NCBI GenBank assembly: GCA_965248195.1 | Contig: CBDFIQ010000002.1 | Location: 2,432,001 to 2,496,000 of the forward strand | Length of the DNA: 64,000 bases | DNA from: Longimicrobiales bacterium | GTDB lineage: Bacteria; Gemmatimonadota; Gemmatimonadetes; Longimicrobiales; Gaopeijiaceae | Direction of reading: 5' to 3' | Part shown: in pieces, positions 17,980 to 30,098 of the stretch | How positions within the stretch are numbered: position 1 is the stretch's first letter | How the letters are laid out: each line of letters opens with the position of its first letter | Made by a program: the position numbers and the translations under genes | The notes under the pieces: generated by a model | Databases searched by the model: none | What the model was told of the DNA's origin: nothing | Seen by the model: the letters and a program-made list of their open reading frames with translations, nothing else

Positions 17980-19355
17980 GGTCAAGTCCCGATTTGTGTG
18001 TAAAAGCGGAGGAAGCTCCTCGCCTTCGGCTAGGCTGCTTGGGCGACCTCCTGTTTCTGGAGGAGTGAGAGGTCGAGGTAACGCCGGTCGCCCCAGACGT
18101 GTGTGGTCCTGAGTGCGACGGCCGTGATGAGCCTGAGGGCGCTGGCCCGGTCCGGGAAGGCGCCGGCGGCCTTGATCCTGCGTTTGATCTCGCCGTGCAG
18201 CCGCTCGAGGCTGTTGGTGGTACGCAGCCGGGGCCAGTGCGCCTCGGGGAACGCGTAGAACTGCGTCGCTGCCCCGAAGCCCCGCTCCAGGACCTCCACG
18301 GCCTCGGGCAGCTCCTTCTTCCAGCGTGCGCCGAACTCGCCCAGGAGCTTCTTCGCCTCGGCGAGTCCGGATGTCTGGAAGATCACCGAGACCTCACGCG
18401 CCACGCGCTTGCGTAGGCGGTGGGGGACCCTCGCCCCCACATTACGCTGCAGATGGACCGTACACCTCTGACGGCGTGCCTCGGGCAGGAAGCGGCGGAC
18501 CGCAGCTGCCAGGCCTGCGTGCTCATCGGCGATCACGAGCTCGACACCGCCGAGGCCGCGGTCCTGGAGTTGCTCGAGGAGCTCCGACCAGCTCTGCTGC
18601 GACTCCTCAGCGCCCAGCGTGACGGCCAGGAGCCGTCGGTGACCCTCAGGGCCCACTGCATACGCCACGAGCGCACTCACGTTCTCGACTTTGCGGGCCC
18701 AGCGGGCGTCCAAGAACGTGGCGTCCAGGTACAGATAGGGGTGAGGCCCCTCGATCGGCGCACGGCGCAGCCCTTCCACGGCCTCGTCGAGCCGTTTTGC
18801 CACACGACTCACCGTCGAGCGCCCAACACGCTCGCCCATCAGCGCCTCGGTGACGTCGCCCATCTTGCGCTGTGACACGCCGCTCACATACGCCTCGACC
18901 ATCATCTCGTCGAGCTCGGGGCTCCTGCGCTGGTAGCGGCCGATCACGTCGGCCGGCGAACCGTTGTCCCGGCTCCGGGGCATGGCGACCTCGATCTGCC
19001 CCAGGCTCGTCAGCAGCCGCCTCAGGTATGTGCCGTTCCTATGGTCCTTCCGGCTTCCCACCCGCTCGAAGCGGCGTGCACCTACCATGGCCTTCAGCTC
19101 CTCTTCCAGCACCATCTCGAGCGTCAGCCGGATCGCGCCTTGAAACAGCTCGCGCAAATCATCGCGTAGCTCGTCTTGCGTGGCCCGACCGATCTCCACA
19201 ATCTCTTGCATCGGAAGCTCCTCTCCGGTTCCGAGCCTGCTCTGCAGACCCGGACTCCCGGGTTCATGTGACAGTGAACAACAACAGAGGAGCTTCCGTT
19301 TTTCTTTCCCTCCTGTCCAGCTTATCCGCTTTTACACAAATCTAGGGACACTACC
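17980..19355 (-). mobile_element. IS256-family insertion sequence (1376 bp), 9-bp target duplication CCGCAGTGC
   Basis: Duplication at 17971-17979 and 19356-19364; 31-bp imperfect IRs GGTCAAGTCCC..TGTGTAAAAGCGGA / GGTAGTGTCCC..TGTGTAAAAGCGGA. Confidence 0.95.
18030..19211 (-). CDS. IS256-family transposase
   Basis: RNGTYLRRLLTSLG, YLYLDA, VIADEHAGL, QRCTVH, RTTNSLERLHGEIKRR. Confidence 0.96.
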   Translation of the reverse strand: MQEIVEIGRATQDELRDDLRELFQGAIRLTLEMVLEEELKAMVGARRFERVGSRKDHRNGTYLRRLLTSLGQIEVAMPRSRDNGSPADVIGRYQRRSPELDEMMVEAYVSGVSQRKMGDVTEALMGERVGRSTVSRVAKRLDEAVEGLRRAPIEGPHPYLYLDATFLDARWARKVENVSALVAYAVGPEGHRRLLAVTLGAEESQQSWSELLEQLQDRGLGGVELVIADEHAGLAAAVRRFLPEARRQRCTVHLQRNVGARVPHRLRKRVAREVSVIFQTSGLAEAKKLLGEFGARWKKELPEAVEVLERGFGAATQFYAFPEAHWPRLRTTNSLERLHGEIKRRIKAAGAFPDRASALRLITAVALRTTHVWGDRRYLDLSLLQKQEVAQAA

Positions 19356-19371
19356 CCGCAGTGCACCCCGG

Positions 19372-20586
<1,215 letters not shown>

Positions 20587-20591
20587 GGCGC

Positions 20592-22070
20592 CTACCGGAA
20601 TCGGCCTCCGCCCGGACCGCCGCCACCGAACGGGTTCGAGTTCGACCGAATCCGGTCGAGGAACTCATCCTGCGAGGCTCGCAGCTGTGCGGCACCGACG
20701 ATCGCGATCTGCTCGCCCTCCTCGAGGCCACTCACGACCTCGGTGAAATCCCAGTCGTTGAGCCCGATCATGACCGCTCGGGGTTCGATCGTCCCGTCCC
20801 CGGCCATGACGAACACCACGGCGCGGCGTGTGCCTCTTCGTGAAGCGGCGGCATCCTCTCTTCCCTGCCCCGTTTGGCCACCCGGCCTACGACCGCCCGG
20901 GCCGAAGAAGCCGCCACCCCCGGCGCCACCGCGTTGACCGGAGAAGAGCACCCGGGCGGAGTCCTGTGAGATCTCACCACTGGCGATCAACGCCCTCAAG
21001 GAGTCGAAGGCCTCGCCACCGGGCCCGCCATTTCCCCCTCCGCCACCTTGGCCCCGGGCACGCCCACCACCGCGGCCGCCGCCACCGCCCGCCCCCGCGA
21101 AGAGGCTACGCATATCGATGGCTTCGGGGTCGAGCCCGAGCACCATCGCCGCCGGCGGTGCGTCCTGGGGCGTCACCACCGCGTTGTTCGGGATCAGGAG
21201 CACGCCAACGGCCTGGGCAAGCTCGACCTCGACCTCGGCGTTCATCCCCGGGCGAAGCAGCCCGGAATCGTTGTCGAGCTGCACGATCACCGGAAACATC
21301 GTGACGTTCTGCTGCACGATCGCCTGGGGCTCGATCTTCTCCACGACCCCGACGAAGCGCCGCTCGGGATAGGCCTCCACGGTCACGTTCGCCTGCATTC
21401 CAGGGCGTATATCGCCCATGTCGGTCTCATCCACGAGCGTCCGTACCTGCATGGACTCGAGGTTGGCCATGACCATCAGCGTGGTTCCCCCCGAGACGTT
21501 CTGGGAGGCCGACTGGATGACCTGACCCTCCTCGACGTTCTTCTCGAGCACGGTACCCGCCAGGGGCGCCCGGATGGTCACGTCGGTCATGCGGAGCTGG
21601 CTCAACTCGTAGTTGGTCTCGGCTCTGACCAGCGTCGCCCGGGAATTGGCGAAGTCCAGGCTCCTGCTCTCGTGCTCCTGAGTGGAGATGACGCCCGATC
21701 GCAACAGCTCTTCGGAACGCTCGAGTTGTGCTTGAGAGATCTCCAGCCTGGCTCGCGCGACGTCCAGGTCCGCCTCGGCCTGGTCGAACGCGTTCTGGAC
21801 ATCTCGAGGATCGACCTCCGCGAGGAGCGCGCCGGGCTCTACCTCGTCGCCGATGTCGACGTGCAGCCGAAGGACCTCCCCAGATGCCTTGGACTTGACC
21901 TCCACCTTGCGGATGGGCTCCACGTTACCCGTGGCCTCTGCGATGATCATCAGATCTCCGCGCACGACAGCCGTGGTCTGAAGCGATGGCGCCTCGTCCA
22001 CGTCACTACTTCCACAAGCCACGAGGGTGTGAGCCAAGAAGGCCGCACCCAACAATCTCATCCGCATCAT
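20592..22070 (-). CDS. macA: MacA-like periplasmic adaptor (lipoprotein) with Gly-rich insert
   Basis: LVAC lipobox; [29 protein letters not shown]. Confidence 0.88.
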   Translation of the reverse strand: MMRMRLLGAAFLAHTLVACGSSDVDEAPSLQTTAVVRGDLMIIAEATGNVEPIRKVEVKSKASGEVLRLHVDIGDEVEPGALLAEVDPRDVQNAFDQAEADLDVARARLEISQAQLERSEELLRSGVISTQEHESRSLDFANSRATLVRAETNYELSQLRMTDVTIRAPLAGTVLEKNVEEGQVIQSASQNVSGGTTLMVMANLESMQVRTLVDETDMGDIRPGMQANVTVEAYPERRFVGVVEKIEPQAIVQQNVTMFPVIVQLDNDSGLLRPGMNAEVEVELAQAVGVLLIPNNAVVTPQDAPPAAMVLGLDPEAIDMRSLFAGAGGGGGRGGGRARGQGGGGGNGGPGGEAFDSLRALIASGEISQDSARVLFSGQRGGAGGGGFFGPGGRRPGGQTGQGREDAAASRRGTRRAVVFVMAGDGTIEPRAVMIGLNDWDFTEVVSGLEEGEQIAIVGAAQLRASQDEFLDRIRSNSNPFGGGGPGGGRFR

Positions 22071-22774
22071 ATGTGCGCCCCAATGTGCTCAGTCGGAAAA
22101 TCCTTGGCGATTACGCCGTCGTGCAGGTGAACCTGGCGTCTGGAGTACTCGGCGACCATCTGCTCGTGTGTGACCAGCACGATGGTCTGGCCCCGCTGGT
22201 TCAACTCGACGAAGATGTTCATGATCTCCTCACCCGTAACCGAGTCGAGGTTTCCCGTGGGCTCGTCTGCCAGGAGAAGCGCCGGGTCGTTGACCAGGGC
22301 CCTGGCGACGGCCACGCGCTGTCTCTGCCCCCCGGAGAGTTCCGGCGGCCGGTGGTCCATCCGGTCGGCGAGCCCAACCAACCCTAGCTTCTCCTCGGCC
22401 CGCTGCTTTCGCTCCCTTGAGCTGATTCCCGTATAGATGAGCGGGAGCTCCACGTTGTGTAGCGCGGTGGCCCGGGGAAGGAGGTTGAAGGTCTGAAAGA
22501 CGAACCCGATCTCGCGATTTCGAATGCGGGCGAGCTCATCGTCACTCAGTTCGCTGACCTGCACACCGTTCAGCCAATAATCTCCTTCTGACGGCGTATC
22601 CAGGCACCCGATCAGGTTCATGAAGGTGGACTTGCCGCTCCCGGACGGACCCATGATGGCCACGAACTCTCCGGGATGAATCTCCAGGTCGACGCCACGC
22701 AGCGCCCGTACGGTCTCGGCGCCGAGGATGTAGTCCTTACGGAGCCCCCGAGTCCGGATGATTAAATCGCTCAC
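22067..22774 (-). CDS. MacB/LolD-type ABC ATP-binding protein
   Basis: [35 protein letters not shown]. Confidence 0.93.
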   Translation of the reverse strand: MSDLIIRTRGLRKDYILGAETVRALRGVDLEIHPGEFVAIMGPSGSGKSTFMNLIGCLDTPSEGDYWLNGVQVSELSDDELARIRNREIGFVFQTFNLLPRATALHNVELPLIYTGISSRERKQRAEEKLGLVGLADRMDHRPPELSGGQRQRVAVARALVNDPALLLADEPTGNLDSVTGEEIMNIFVELNQRGQTIVLVTHEQMVAEYSRRQVHLHDGVIAKDFPTEHIGAHI

Positions 22775-24081
22775 AGATCCCTCCCGAGGATGGCCTCGAG
22801 CTCCGCCCGGGCTAATACGTAGTCGTAGCGGGCGTTCACGAGGTCCACCCCGGCCTGATCGGCCGCAATTTGGCTCGTGACGACGTCCAAGATGATCGCT
22901 ACGCCTACCCGGTAGCGCTCACGAGTGACACGAAGATCTTCGTCGGCCACGGCGGTGGCCTCCCCCGCGATGTCAATGGCCAGCACGGAGGTCTCCAACG
23001 CCCGCAGGGCAGCGTCGGTCTCTTGGCGGGAGGCCAGCCGCGCGTCGTCTTCCTCGAGACGCGCCACGCGGGTCGAGTACTCCGCCCGGACGATGTTCGC
23101 TTCCCTGGAAAAGCCGTTGAAGAGCGGATAGCTCAGGTTGAAGTTCAGGTTCCAGCTCGTACTCCCCCCTGAAAATGAGGCCGCCTGGTTCGACCAGTTG
23201 TAGCCACTGCTCAAGCTCAGGGAGGGAATGTAAACGGACTTGGAGGAGGAATACGCCTCTCGAGCTGCCTCGAATACCGCTTCGGCGGCCTGCACCGAAG
23301 GCGCGAAGCTCTCAGCGACTTCGAGCACCTCGGCCTCGGACAACAGGAGCGGGCGGGGCTCCAGGTCGTCCGGGGCCACCGGGATGGCCGGCTCAGACAC
23401 CCCCACCTGACGACCGAGCGCGAAGCGGGCTGCTCTGGTCTGGACCTCGGCGTTGAGCACGGCTTGACGGGCATTGATGAACTCCAGCCTGGCACGGAGG
23501 GTGTCGGAGACGGTTCCGCCTCCCACCAACTGCTGCGTTCGGGTCATCTCCAGGCTCTGCGTCGCCTGGTCGATCCTACGCCGGGCGACCGCAAGCAGCT
23601 CCTCCTGCCGAAGGGCCTGAAAGAAGAGGTTCTTCGTCTGGAAGGTCACATTGAAACGCTGGTCCTCGCGGCGCGCCCGAGCCGCCGCTAGGTCCGCGGC
23701 GGCACGGTCGAGCTCCGAGAAACGCTGCCCCCCGCGGAACAGGTCGTACCGGGCGGTGATGCCCGCGTTATAAGAATTGGAACTGCCCGTTACGAGACGG
23801 TCCGTGGCCTGGTCGAACCGCTGCGTACTCCGAACGGACATCCCCGAATTGGTCGAAATCGTAGGGAGAAAAGCTCCCACGGCCGTGCGCCGGGATTCGC
23901 CCGCGTTGACCAGGGACTGCTCGGATTGGGCCAATTGCGGGCTCAGCGCGACCGCCCTCGTCAGTGCGTCGTCCAGTGTGATGCGCGTGGCCCCCGCATC
24001 CAGAAGAGACCGCTCTTGGGCGGCCCCGACCCTGGCCAAGACAAATACCGCGCCGAGCGTGAGTATCGTTCTATGAGTCAT
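22771..24081 (-). CDS. tolC: TolC-family outer membrane efflux protein
   Basis: Signal peptide, two OEP repeats, [17 protein letters not shown]. Confidence 0.9.
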   Translation of the reverse strand: MTHRTILTLGAVFVLARVGAAQERSLLDAGATRITLDDALTRAVALSPQLAQSEQSLVNAGESRRTAVGAFLPTISTNSGMSVRSTQRFDQATDRLVTGSSNSYNAGITARYDLFRGGQRFSELDRAAADLAAARARREDQRFNVTFQTKNLFFQALRQEELLAVARRRIDQATQSLEMTRTQQLVGGGTVSDTLRARLEFINARQAVLNAEVQTRAARFALGRQVGVSEPAIPVAPDDLEPRPLLLSEAEVLEVAESFAPSVQAAEAVFEAAREAYSSSKSVYIPSLSLSSGYNWSNQAASFSGGSTSWNLNFNLSYPLFNGFSREANIVRAEYSTRVARLEEDDARLASRQETDAALRALETSVLAIDIAGEATAVADEDLRVTRERYRVGVAIILDVVTSQIAADQAGVDLVNARYDYVLARAELEAILGRDL

Positions 24082-24105
24082 GAGACTTACTTTGAGTCAA
24101 AAGGC

Positions 24106-24525
24106 CTATTTTTCCGAGCTCCTGCGACGTCGTTCGGCGCACGTGGCGTCGTGCTCCGCCAGCAATACGTCGTACCTCACACGTTGATCGTCGGTGAGCA
24201 CCTGTTTGATCTCCTCCCGCAGATCACGAATCACGGCCCGGTACCGCGGCCGGAACTCCGTGTCCAGGTCGGACATGCGCTGCCGGTGGAATACTACGAG
24301 CGAGTCGACCGCGGCCTTCTGGACGGCGTTGAGGCCGACGTTGTCCACGATCATCCGCCGGCGCCCTTCCCGGTCACGGGGCCCCTCTTCCGTCCGGACC
24401 TCCTCGGGCGGGCCGGCACTGGCCGTTTGATCCCAGGCGAGCCCGACCACAACGCCGCTCCCGAACAGGAGCGCCAAAGCGGTCCCGGCCACCATTCTCG
24501 CCTTGAAAGGGCTAGGCGTAATCAT
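24106..24525 (-). CDS. Membrane-anchored helical periplasmic protein (Spy/CpxP-like, tentative)
   Basis: TM ALALLFGSGVVVG; VGLNAVQKAAV...EIKQVLTDDQRVRY; TGATG coupling with the upstream gene. Confidence 0.62.
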   Translation of the reverse strand: MITPSPFKARMVAGTALALLFGSGVVVGLAWDQTASAGPPEEVRTEEGPRDREGRRRMIVDNVGLNAVQKAAVDSLVVFHRQRMSDLDTEFRPRYRAVIRDLREEIKQVLTDDQRVRYDVLLAEHDATCAERRRRSSEK

Positions 24526-24929
24526 CAGAACGTCACCTCGACAAAAAGGAAGGGATCGGCCCCTTCGGACTGGTCCATCAATTGTGGAAGGGTGCGGTCT
24601 TCCAGCCCCACCGTGAGTGCTTCCTCGACTCCCCATTCGGGAGTCGGCCGCCCCCGCAGGAAAAGGACACCCGCGATCGCCGCCGCGATCGCCGCCGCAG
24701 GAATAACCGTCTTGGACCATGACTGAAGAAGGCCCGCGACCCCCATCTCCGCCGCGAGACGGCGCCTCGATAATTCGTCTGCCGCCCGCGCCATCACGAG
24801 AGACCGAAACCGCAACCAGTACCCAGGGTCGTCGAGTCCCGGATCGAGGATAACCAAGTCGTGGTCCCCTCCCTGAGGACCATCGCCTCCCCGCGGGCCG
24901 AAGCGCACTTTACGCCTGTCGCTCGTCAT
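24525..24929 (-). CDS. Putative anti-sigma factor (single transmembrane helix)
   Basis: Directly after the ECF gene; DPGYWLRF motif then TM VIPAAAIAAAIAGVLFL. Confidence 0.6.
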   Translation of the reverse strand: MTSDRRKVRFGPRGGDGPQGGDHDLVILDPGLDDPGYWLRFRSLVMARAADELSRRRLAAEMGVAGLLQSWSKTVIPAAAIAAAIAGVLFLRGRPTPEWGVEEALTVGLEDRTLPQLMDQSEGADPFLFVEVTF

Positions 24930-24939
24930 GCTGTTCTCC

Positions 24940-25638
24940 CTATGCTCGGTGCTCTCTGTAGGTTTCACCTTTTTCGCTCTTCATATCCTGCGAGTCACTC
25001 CCGACCGGCACATTCTCGACATCCTGCCCTGGCCCAACGTGTGATATCTCCTCGGTCTGAACATGCCCGTTGGGCCCGCGCTCGGTCGCGACCTGTGCCA
25101 GATCCGCGTCTCGCCGCAAGGATTTTCTGGCAAAGTGGAGATGCGATCGCACTGTCCCCGAGGGAATCCCGAGGTGCTCCGCGATCTCCCGATGCCGCCA
25201 ACCCTCGAGATCGTGAAGGAGCACGATTTCTCTTTGGACCTCCGGAAGCCGCCGAAGCGCGATTCCCAGCCGTTCCTGAAGTTCTGCATGCTCCGCCGCC
25301 TTATCCGGCGTCCGACCCCGGGCCGCAGCCGTCTCGGGTACGGCATCGGTATCCCGTAGGACTTCTCTACGCACCAAGTTGCGAGCACGGTTCCGTACAA
25401 TCGTCATAAGCCAACCAACGAATCGGTCGGGCGCCCTGCAATCATCGAGTCGTTCAAGAGCGACTATGAACCCCTCCTGTGCAGCGTCCTCGGCATCGTC
25501 ATGACGACCGGTAACCGAAAGGCTGACAGCATAGGCCGCGCGCATGTATCGGCCCACGAGAGTCCCGAAGGCCTGGCTATCACCGGCCTGTGCCTTCCGG
25601 ACCAGAACCTCGTCCGTTGCACGCCCCTCTTCACCCAT
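24940..25638 (-). CDS. ECF RNA polymerase sigma factor
   Basis: DAEDAAQEGF, GWLMTIVRNRA, LHDLEGWRHREIAEHLGIPSGTVRSHLHFAR. Confidence 0.93.
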   Translation of the reverse strand: MGEEGRATDEVLVRKAQAGDSQAFGTLVGRYMRAAYAVSLSVTGRHDDAEDAAQEGFIVALERLDDCRAPDRFVGWLMTIVRNRARNLVRREVLRDTDAVPETAAARGRTPDKAAEHAELQERLGIALRRLPEVQREIVLLHDLEGWRHREIAEHLGIPSGTVRSHLHFARKSLRRDADLAQVATERGPNGHVQTEEISHVGPGQDVENVPVGSDSQDMKSEKGETYREHRA

Positions 25639-25701
25639 GAGACACCGCTACCGCCCTCCGTGTTGAGCACGTTTGACGTGCCTGCTACCCCCTGAGACGT
25701 A

Positions 25702-26352
25702 TCATCCACTCGATCCGTTAGGCGAAGGCGCCGATGTCGCCTCAGCAAGGAGGTCGGGCAAACGGAGCTGCGGTAGTTCTTCTAAAGATTCCCCTGGCAC
25801 AAGTGCGTCCCCGCAAGGCACGGAGGGGTCGGCCGCCGTGTAAAAAACCAGATGCATCAGCGGCGCCCCCGGATCCATGACCGAGCCCGTCGATGTCTGG
25901 CCACAAAGACGCACGATCCACTCGCACCCGGCGTACTCGAAACTCCGATATGGAAGATTCTCGAGGGGGGTGGGCTCCAACTGCGACCTTTGAGGTTCCT
26001 CACGGCCCGACTCGACGCGCTTCCGGTCAGGTCGGCGCCTTCCACCACCCTCGCGCTTACGCGATGAGCCCTTCCCGCGAGGGCCCTCCGGGCGCTCGCG
26101 CTGACCGCGCAGACCCGGGGCCTGCGACGTGGGCAGGTTACCCGCCCGGTCCGACTTTCGGGCAGGGCGCGGTCCGGGCTCACCTACGGCCTCCCGGATC
26201 GGGATCGGCTTAGGTTTGGCCTCTACGTCCTTTTTGCGTTCGTCCGGGTCCATGCGTTCGTCCTGGTCCATGCGCTCGTCCTGGTCCATGCATTCGTCCT
26301 GGTCGCTGGACGAGGAAAATGGCGAGACTGCTCCGGGCTCGCTATGGTGCAC
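25702..26352 (-). CDS. Hypothetical protein with disordered N-terminus (start uncertain; several ATGs lie in the repeat)
   Basis: Long ORF whose C-terminus looks folded (RSFEYAGCEWIVRL...APLMHLVF). Confidence 0.6.
   Translation of the reverse strand: MHHSEPGAVSPFSSSSDQDECMDQDERMDQDERMDPDERKKDVEAKPKPIPIREAVGEPGPRPARKSDRAGNLPTSQAPGLRGQRERPEGPRGKGSSRKREGGGRRRPDRKRVESGREEPQRSQLEPTPLENLPYRSFEYAGCEWIVRLCGQTSTGSVMDPGAPLMHLVFYTAADPSVPCGDALVPGESLEELPQLRLPDLLAEATSAPSPNGSSG
26235..26304. repeat. 18-bp tandem repeat, about 4 copies (encodes MDQDER)
   Basis: Units of TGCGTTCGTCCTGGTCCA type start at 26235, 26253, 26271 and 26289. Confidence 0.9.
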
Positions 26353-26472
26353 AACGCTTTCGCCGATGAAAAATGGCGATTTTCTTTGTTGGCCGTTGAC
26401 CGCGCCAGGTTTAGCTTTTTATAGGGACGTATCGCGAATCTCACCAGCCGACGCCGGCGACAAGACACGGGC

Positions 26473-26946
26473 ATGACCGAAGGCACCGTAAATAGTGGGG
26501 CGAAGCGCGAATACGGCCAGTTGCTTCATTTGCACACACGCTTGCTGAACCAACTCCGCGAGATTCGTGACCACTTAATCGCACCAAGCACGCTTGAGAT
26601 CCTTGCGGCCATTCGGCGTCGCACCGGGTCGGATCCCGATTCTGCCTTGGCCGAAATCACCACCGCGGTCGAACAGGCCATTCGCGCGTTGAAGCTGAGT
26701 GAGGGGAAAATCCGCGATGAGGTCCTCGAGGCCTTCGAGCATGCCGACATCGATGGCATCGGCAACCTACCGGCCACGCTGGCCCGCTTCCTCGCCGAGC
26801 GCAGGGACATGCCCGGCTTCACCTATAAGGTGATCCACGACGAGAACCGCGGCTGGATCATCTTATGGAAGGAATACACCCTAACGGGATCGGTCCGTGG
26901 CTCCGGCCAGTTCTACGAGCGCCCCTACGCCTGGATCGACGAGTAA
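26473..26946 (+). CDS. Hypothetical protein
   Basis: 157-aa ORF with an aromatic C-terminal motif RGWIILWKEYT..VRGSGQFYERPYAWIDE; TTGACC-N17-TTATAG upstream. Confidence 0.72.
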   Translation: MTEGTVNSGAKREYGQLLHLHTRLLNQLREIRDHLIAPSTLEILAAIRRRTGSDPDSALAEITTAVEQAIRALKLSEGKIRDEVLEAFEHADIDGIGNLPATLARFLAERRDMPGFTYKVIHDENRGWIILWKEYTLTGSVRGSGQFYERPYAWIDE

Positions 26947-27506
26947 GAACTCGGCAGCCCCGCCTGCAGCGTCGACAACACATCCTCTCCGTAGAACATC
27001 TTGATGTACCGCGCTTGCGTCGCCGTGACCCTTCGCACCGTCCACACCAGCCGGACATAGTTCGGCTCTCGCGGCTTGCTCAGGAGCCTCATACCGGCCT
27101 CCGCAGGCAGACGATCTCCCTTCCGGTTATTACAGGGAGAACACGACGAAACCAGGTTCTGCCAAGAGTTGTCCCCGCCCCGGGACAGCGGGATGATATG
27201 GTCGCGCGTCAGGAACTGGCGACCTTTGAGTTGCCCGCGATGACGGCCACAATACTGGCATGTGTACTCGTCTCTGGCGAACAGGAAAGTGTTCGTGACT
27301 TGGCGGCGGAATCGACGCGGCACATGGACGAAACGCACAAGCCGAATCACCGTCGGGAACGGTAGTTCAGTCCGCGGAGAGCGGAAGGCCCGCGCCGGGT
27401 CCGCTTCCAGAATCTCGGCCTTTTGGTCGAGGACCAAACGAATGGCGCGACGAGCCGGAATAATGGTCAACGGCTCGAAAGACGCATTCAAAGCCAGACA
27501 GCCCAT
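26925..27506 (-). CDS. HNH endonuclease
   Basis: LNASFEPL, RDEYTCQYCG, DHIIPLSRGG, NLVSSCSPCNNRKG. Confidence 0.92.
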   Translation of the reverse strand: MGCLALNASFEPLTIIPARRAIRLVLDQKAEILEADPARAFRSPRTELPFPTVIRLVRFVHVPRRFRRQVTNTFLFARDEYTCQYCGRHRGQLKGRQFLTRDHIIPLSRGGDNSWQNLVSSCSPCNNRKGDRLPAEAGMRLLSKPREPNYVRLVWTVRRVTATQARYIKMFYGEDVLSTLQAGLPSSYSSIQA

Positions 27507-27581
27507 AACTCGAACACCCTCCCTAGACTCAGTTACCCACTCTTGTACCTCACAAACCTACCGAGGCTCCACAGAGCTCCG

Positions 27582-30032
27582 CTATAGGAGGGCGTTCGGA
27601 TCTCGGTCGATCGCGATGCGGACGTCCGCACCGCGCATCCGGAACTCCGACTGAAGTCGCCTGGCGGTGGCGCCCAGGGCCCTAACCGACCCGCTCCGAA
27701 GGAGAAAGTGCCAGCGCCAGCGACCGTGTAGCCTTTCGATGGGTGAGGGGGCGGGTCCGATCAGGTCGACCGAAACTCCGGAGACCACATGCGTGCGGAC
27801 CCACCGCGCCGCGGCTTGGGCGTTGCCCGCGGCGTCTTCGGGGATGGGGCTGCTCACGATCACGTTGACGAGCCGGACCATGGGGGGATACGCCGGGTGC
27901 TTGCGCTCATTCAATTCCCGATTGGCGAAAGCCACATAATCATGCGCGAGGGCGGCTTGGATCGCGTAGTGCTCGGGAAGCGCCGTTTGAATCAACACGT
28001 CGCCTCCGAGTTTCCCCCTTCCCGCTCGACCGGCAACCTGGCTCAAGAGTTGAAACGTCCGCTCGGTAGCGCGAAAATCGGGCAAGTGCATTCCCACATC
28101 TGCGTTCACGACACCCACCAGCGTCACGCTGGGGAAATCGAGGCCCTTGGCAATCATCTGTGTGCCTAGAAGGATGTCCACTTCGCCGCGCTCGACCCGT
28201 CCGAGGATCTCGTGATGCGACCATTTTCCAGAAGTGGTGTCCACATCCATGCGCGCCAATCGGGCCTCGGGGAAGGTCTCCGCTACGACCCGCTCGACCT
28301 GCTCTGTCCCGAGCCCCCGGAACGATAGATCCGTGGACCCACATCGCGGGCAACGCTCCGGTGCGCGCTGCTCGTGGCGGCAGTGGTGGCAGACGAGGCG
28401 ACTCTTACCCCGGTGATAGGTCAACGAGATCGAACAGGCCGGACAGATCTCGACGTCGCCGCATTCGCGGCATTGTACGAAGGATGAGTACCCCCTTCGA
28501 TTCAGCAGCAGGATCGTCTGTTCGCCACGACGGAGGCGGTCGCGCATGGCCTCGACGAGTGGAGCAGTGAGCACCAAGCCCGCCTCGCTCCTGGCACCGC
28601 TTTTCTCATTGCTCTGCTTCCGCGCTTCCCGCAGGTCGATCAATCGCACCGGCGGCAACGTCCCTCCCCCGACCCGGTCCGGGAGAGAGACAAGCCGGAA
28701 CTTTCCCCGTTCCACATTGTGCCAGCTCTCGAGCGCGGGTGTGGCGCTCCCGAGAACGCACAGCGCACCTTCCTGGGCGCTCCGAACGACCGCCATGTCC
28801 CGCGCCTGGTACCGGGGAGATTCACTCTGTTTGTAGCTCCCATCGTGCTCCTCATCCACAACGATCACGCCCAGGTCGGAGACCGGAGCGAAGAGTGCGG
28901 AGCGAGCCCCCACGGCGATCCGGCGCCGACCCGAATGAAGCTGCCTCCAAGCGTCGAAGCGCTCCCCGTCCGACAGCGCAGAGTGAAGGACCGCCACCTG
29001 ATCGCCGAAGCGGGCTCGGAAGCGAGCCACCGTCTGGGGGGTCAGAGAAATTTCGGGCACGAGCACGATTGCGCCCCTGCCCTGAGCCAGCACGTGTTTG
29101 AGAAGCTCGATATAGACCAGAGTCTTTCCCGACCCCGTCACACCGTGCAGGAGAAAGGGCTCGCTCGGGCCGGCGTCGAATGCGGAGGCCAGCGTTCGGA
29201 TCACGTCGTTTTGCCGATCCGTCGGGGTGTGGGCTTGGTCCTCAGCGGTGGGAATACCAGCGAACGGATCGCGCTCCACCTCACGGTCCTCCACGAGGGC
29301 CAACCCCTTCTCTTCCAATCCGCGAATCACACTCCGACTGAAACCGGCCTGACCCGTCAGGTGCGCCAACTCCACCGTCCCTCCGGACCCAGCCAGCGCC
29401 TGGTAGGCATCCGCCTGTCGCCGTGCACGGCCCACCAACACGTTCAAGTCCTCGATGTCATCGATCCACCGTGCCACCCGCACCACCCTCTCCGTCTTCA
29501 CGGGCGGCGGGCGTGGCGGGAGCGTCTCGACACTCACCACTCCGGCAGCGGCGAGGTTGCGTATCTCCGGCCAGATGGAGCCCATCCGCAGACTCCGTTT
29601 GATCGCCCGGAGCGACTGCGCCGCCCCGGGTGTGAGCGCCTGTACCAGGCGCGCCTCCCTGGGCGAAAGCTTGCCTCGTGGCCCGTCGTGGAGTGTGACG
29701 ACGTCACGGGAAGTATCACTGAGCACGGAGGGTAGCATCGTCTTGAGCGTGAGCCCCAACGAGGTGACGTAGTAGTCGGCCATCCAGCGAGCCAGGCGCA
29801 ATTGCGACTCGCTCACCGAAGACTTGGGGTCCATGACGGAGAGCACGGTCCGGATGCGCTTGACCCCCTCCTCCCCTCCATGACCGACGACGAAGCCGAC
29901 GCGCTCTTGCCGCTGGAAGGGAACGAGGACCCGGGTTCCGGTTCGGAGAGGGTCGCCGTCCACGGCATAGGTAAAGGTCTGATCCAGCGGAAGCGGAAGC
30001 GCGACACGCACGTAGGAGCGAGGGCCCCTCAT
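27582..30032 (-). CDS. priA: Primosomal protein N' (replication restart helicase)
   Basis: LHGVTGSGKT, VDEEH, LNRRGY, four CxxC motifs, GTQMIAKGLDF, QVAGRAGR. Confidence 0.97.
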   Translation of the reverse strand: MRGPRSYVRVALPLPLDQTFTYAVDGDPLRTGTRVLVPFQRQERVGFVVGHGGEEGVKRIRTVLSVMDPKSSVSESQLRLARWMADYYVTSLGLTLKTMLPSVLSDTSRDVVTLHDGPRGKLSPREARLVQALTPGAAQSLRAIKRSLRMGSIWPEIRNLAAAGVVSVETLPPRPPPVKTERVVRVARWIDDIEDLNVLVGRARRQADAYQALAGSGGTVELAHLTGQAGFSRSVIRGLEEKGLALVEDREVERDPFAGIPTAEDQAHTPTDRQNDVIRTLASAFDAGPSEPFLLHGVTGSGKTLVYIELLKHVLAQGRGAIVLVPEISLTPQTVARFRARFGDQVAVLHSALSDGERFDAWRQLHSGRRRIAVGARSALFAPVSDLGVIVVDEEHDGSYKQSESPRYQARDMAVVRSAQEGALCVLGSATPALESWHNVERGKFRLVSLPDRVGGGTLPPVRLIDLREARKQSNEKSGARSEAGLVLTAPLVEAMRDRLRRGEQTILLLNRRGYSSFVQCRECGDVEICPACSISLTYHRGKSRLVCHHCRHEQRAPERCPRCGSTDLSFRGLGTEQVERVVAETFPEARLARMDVDTTSGKWSHHEILGRVERGEVDILLGTQMIAKGLDFPSVTLVGVVNADVGMHLPDFRATERTFQLLSQVAGRAGRGKLGGDVLIQTALPEHYAIQAALAHDYVAFANRELNERKHPAYPPMVRLVNVIVSSPIPEDAAGNAQAAARWVRTHVVSGVSVDLIGPAPSPIERLHGRWRWHFLLRSGSVRALGATARRLQSEFRMRGADVRIAIDRDPNALL

Positions 30033-30098
30033 TCAGCCGGCAACGCCCGACGGAGCCCGCCTTTGCGGGCACCCCACTTCTTCAACAGACCTCAAGTT

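Noticed and set aside
20860..21100. Gly/Arg-rich segment in MacA as a separate element
   Set aside because: It is an in-frame low-complexity linker of a kind common in such adaptor proteins.
26235..26304. CRISPR array
   Set aside because: Head-to-tail 18-bp units with no spacers; no cas genes or repeat-spacer arrays were seen in the window.
26925..27506. HNH nuclease as a defence system, homing element or IscB/Cas9 relative
   Set aside because: It is a short stand-alone type (LNASFEPL...RD..CQYCG) next to priA, with no RuvC motifs, DNA methylase or array.
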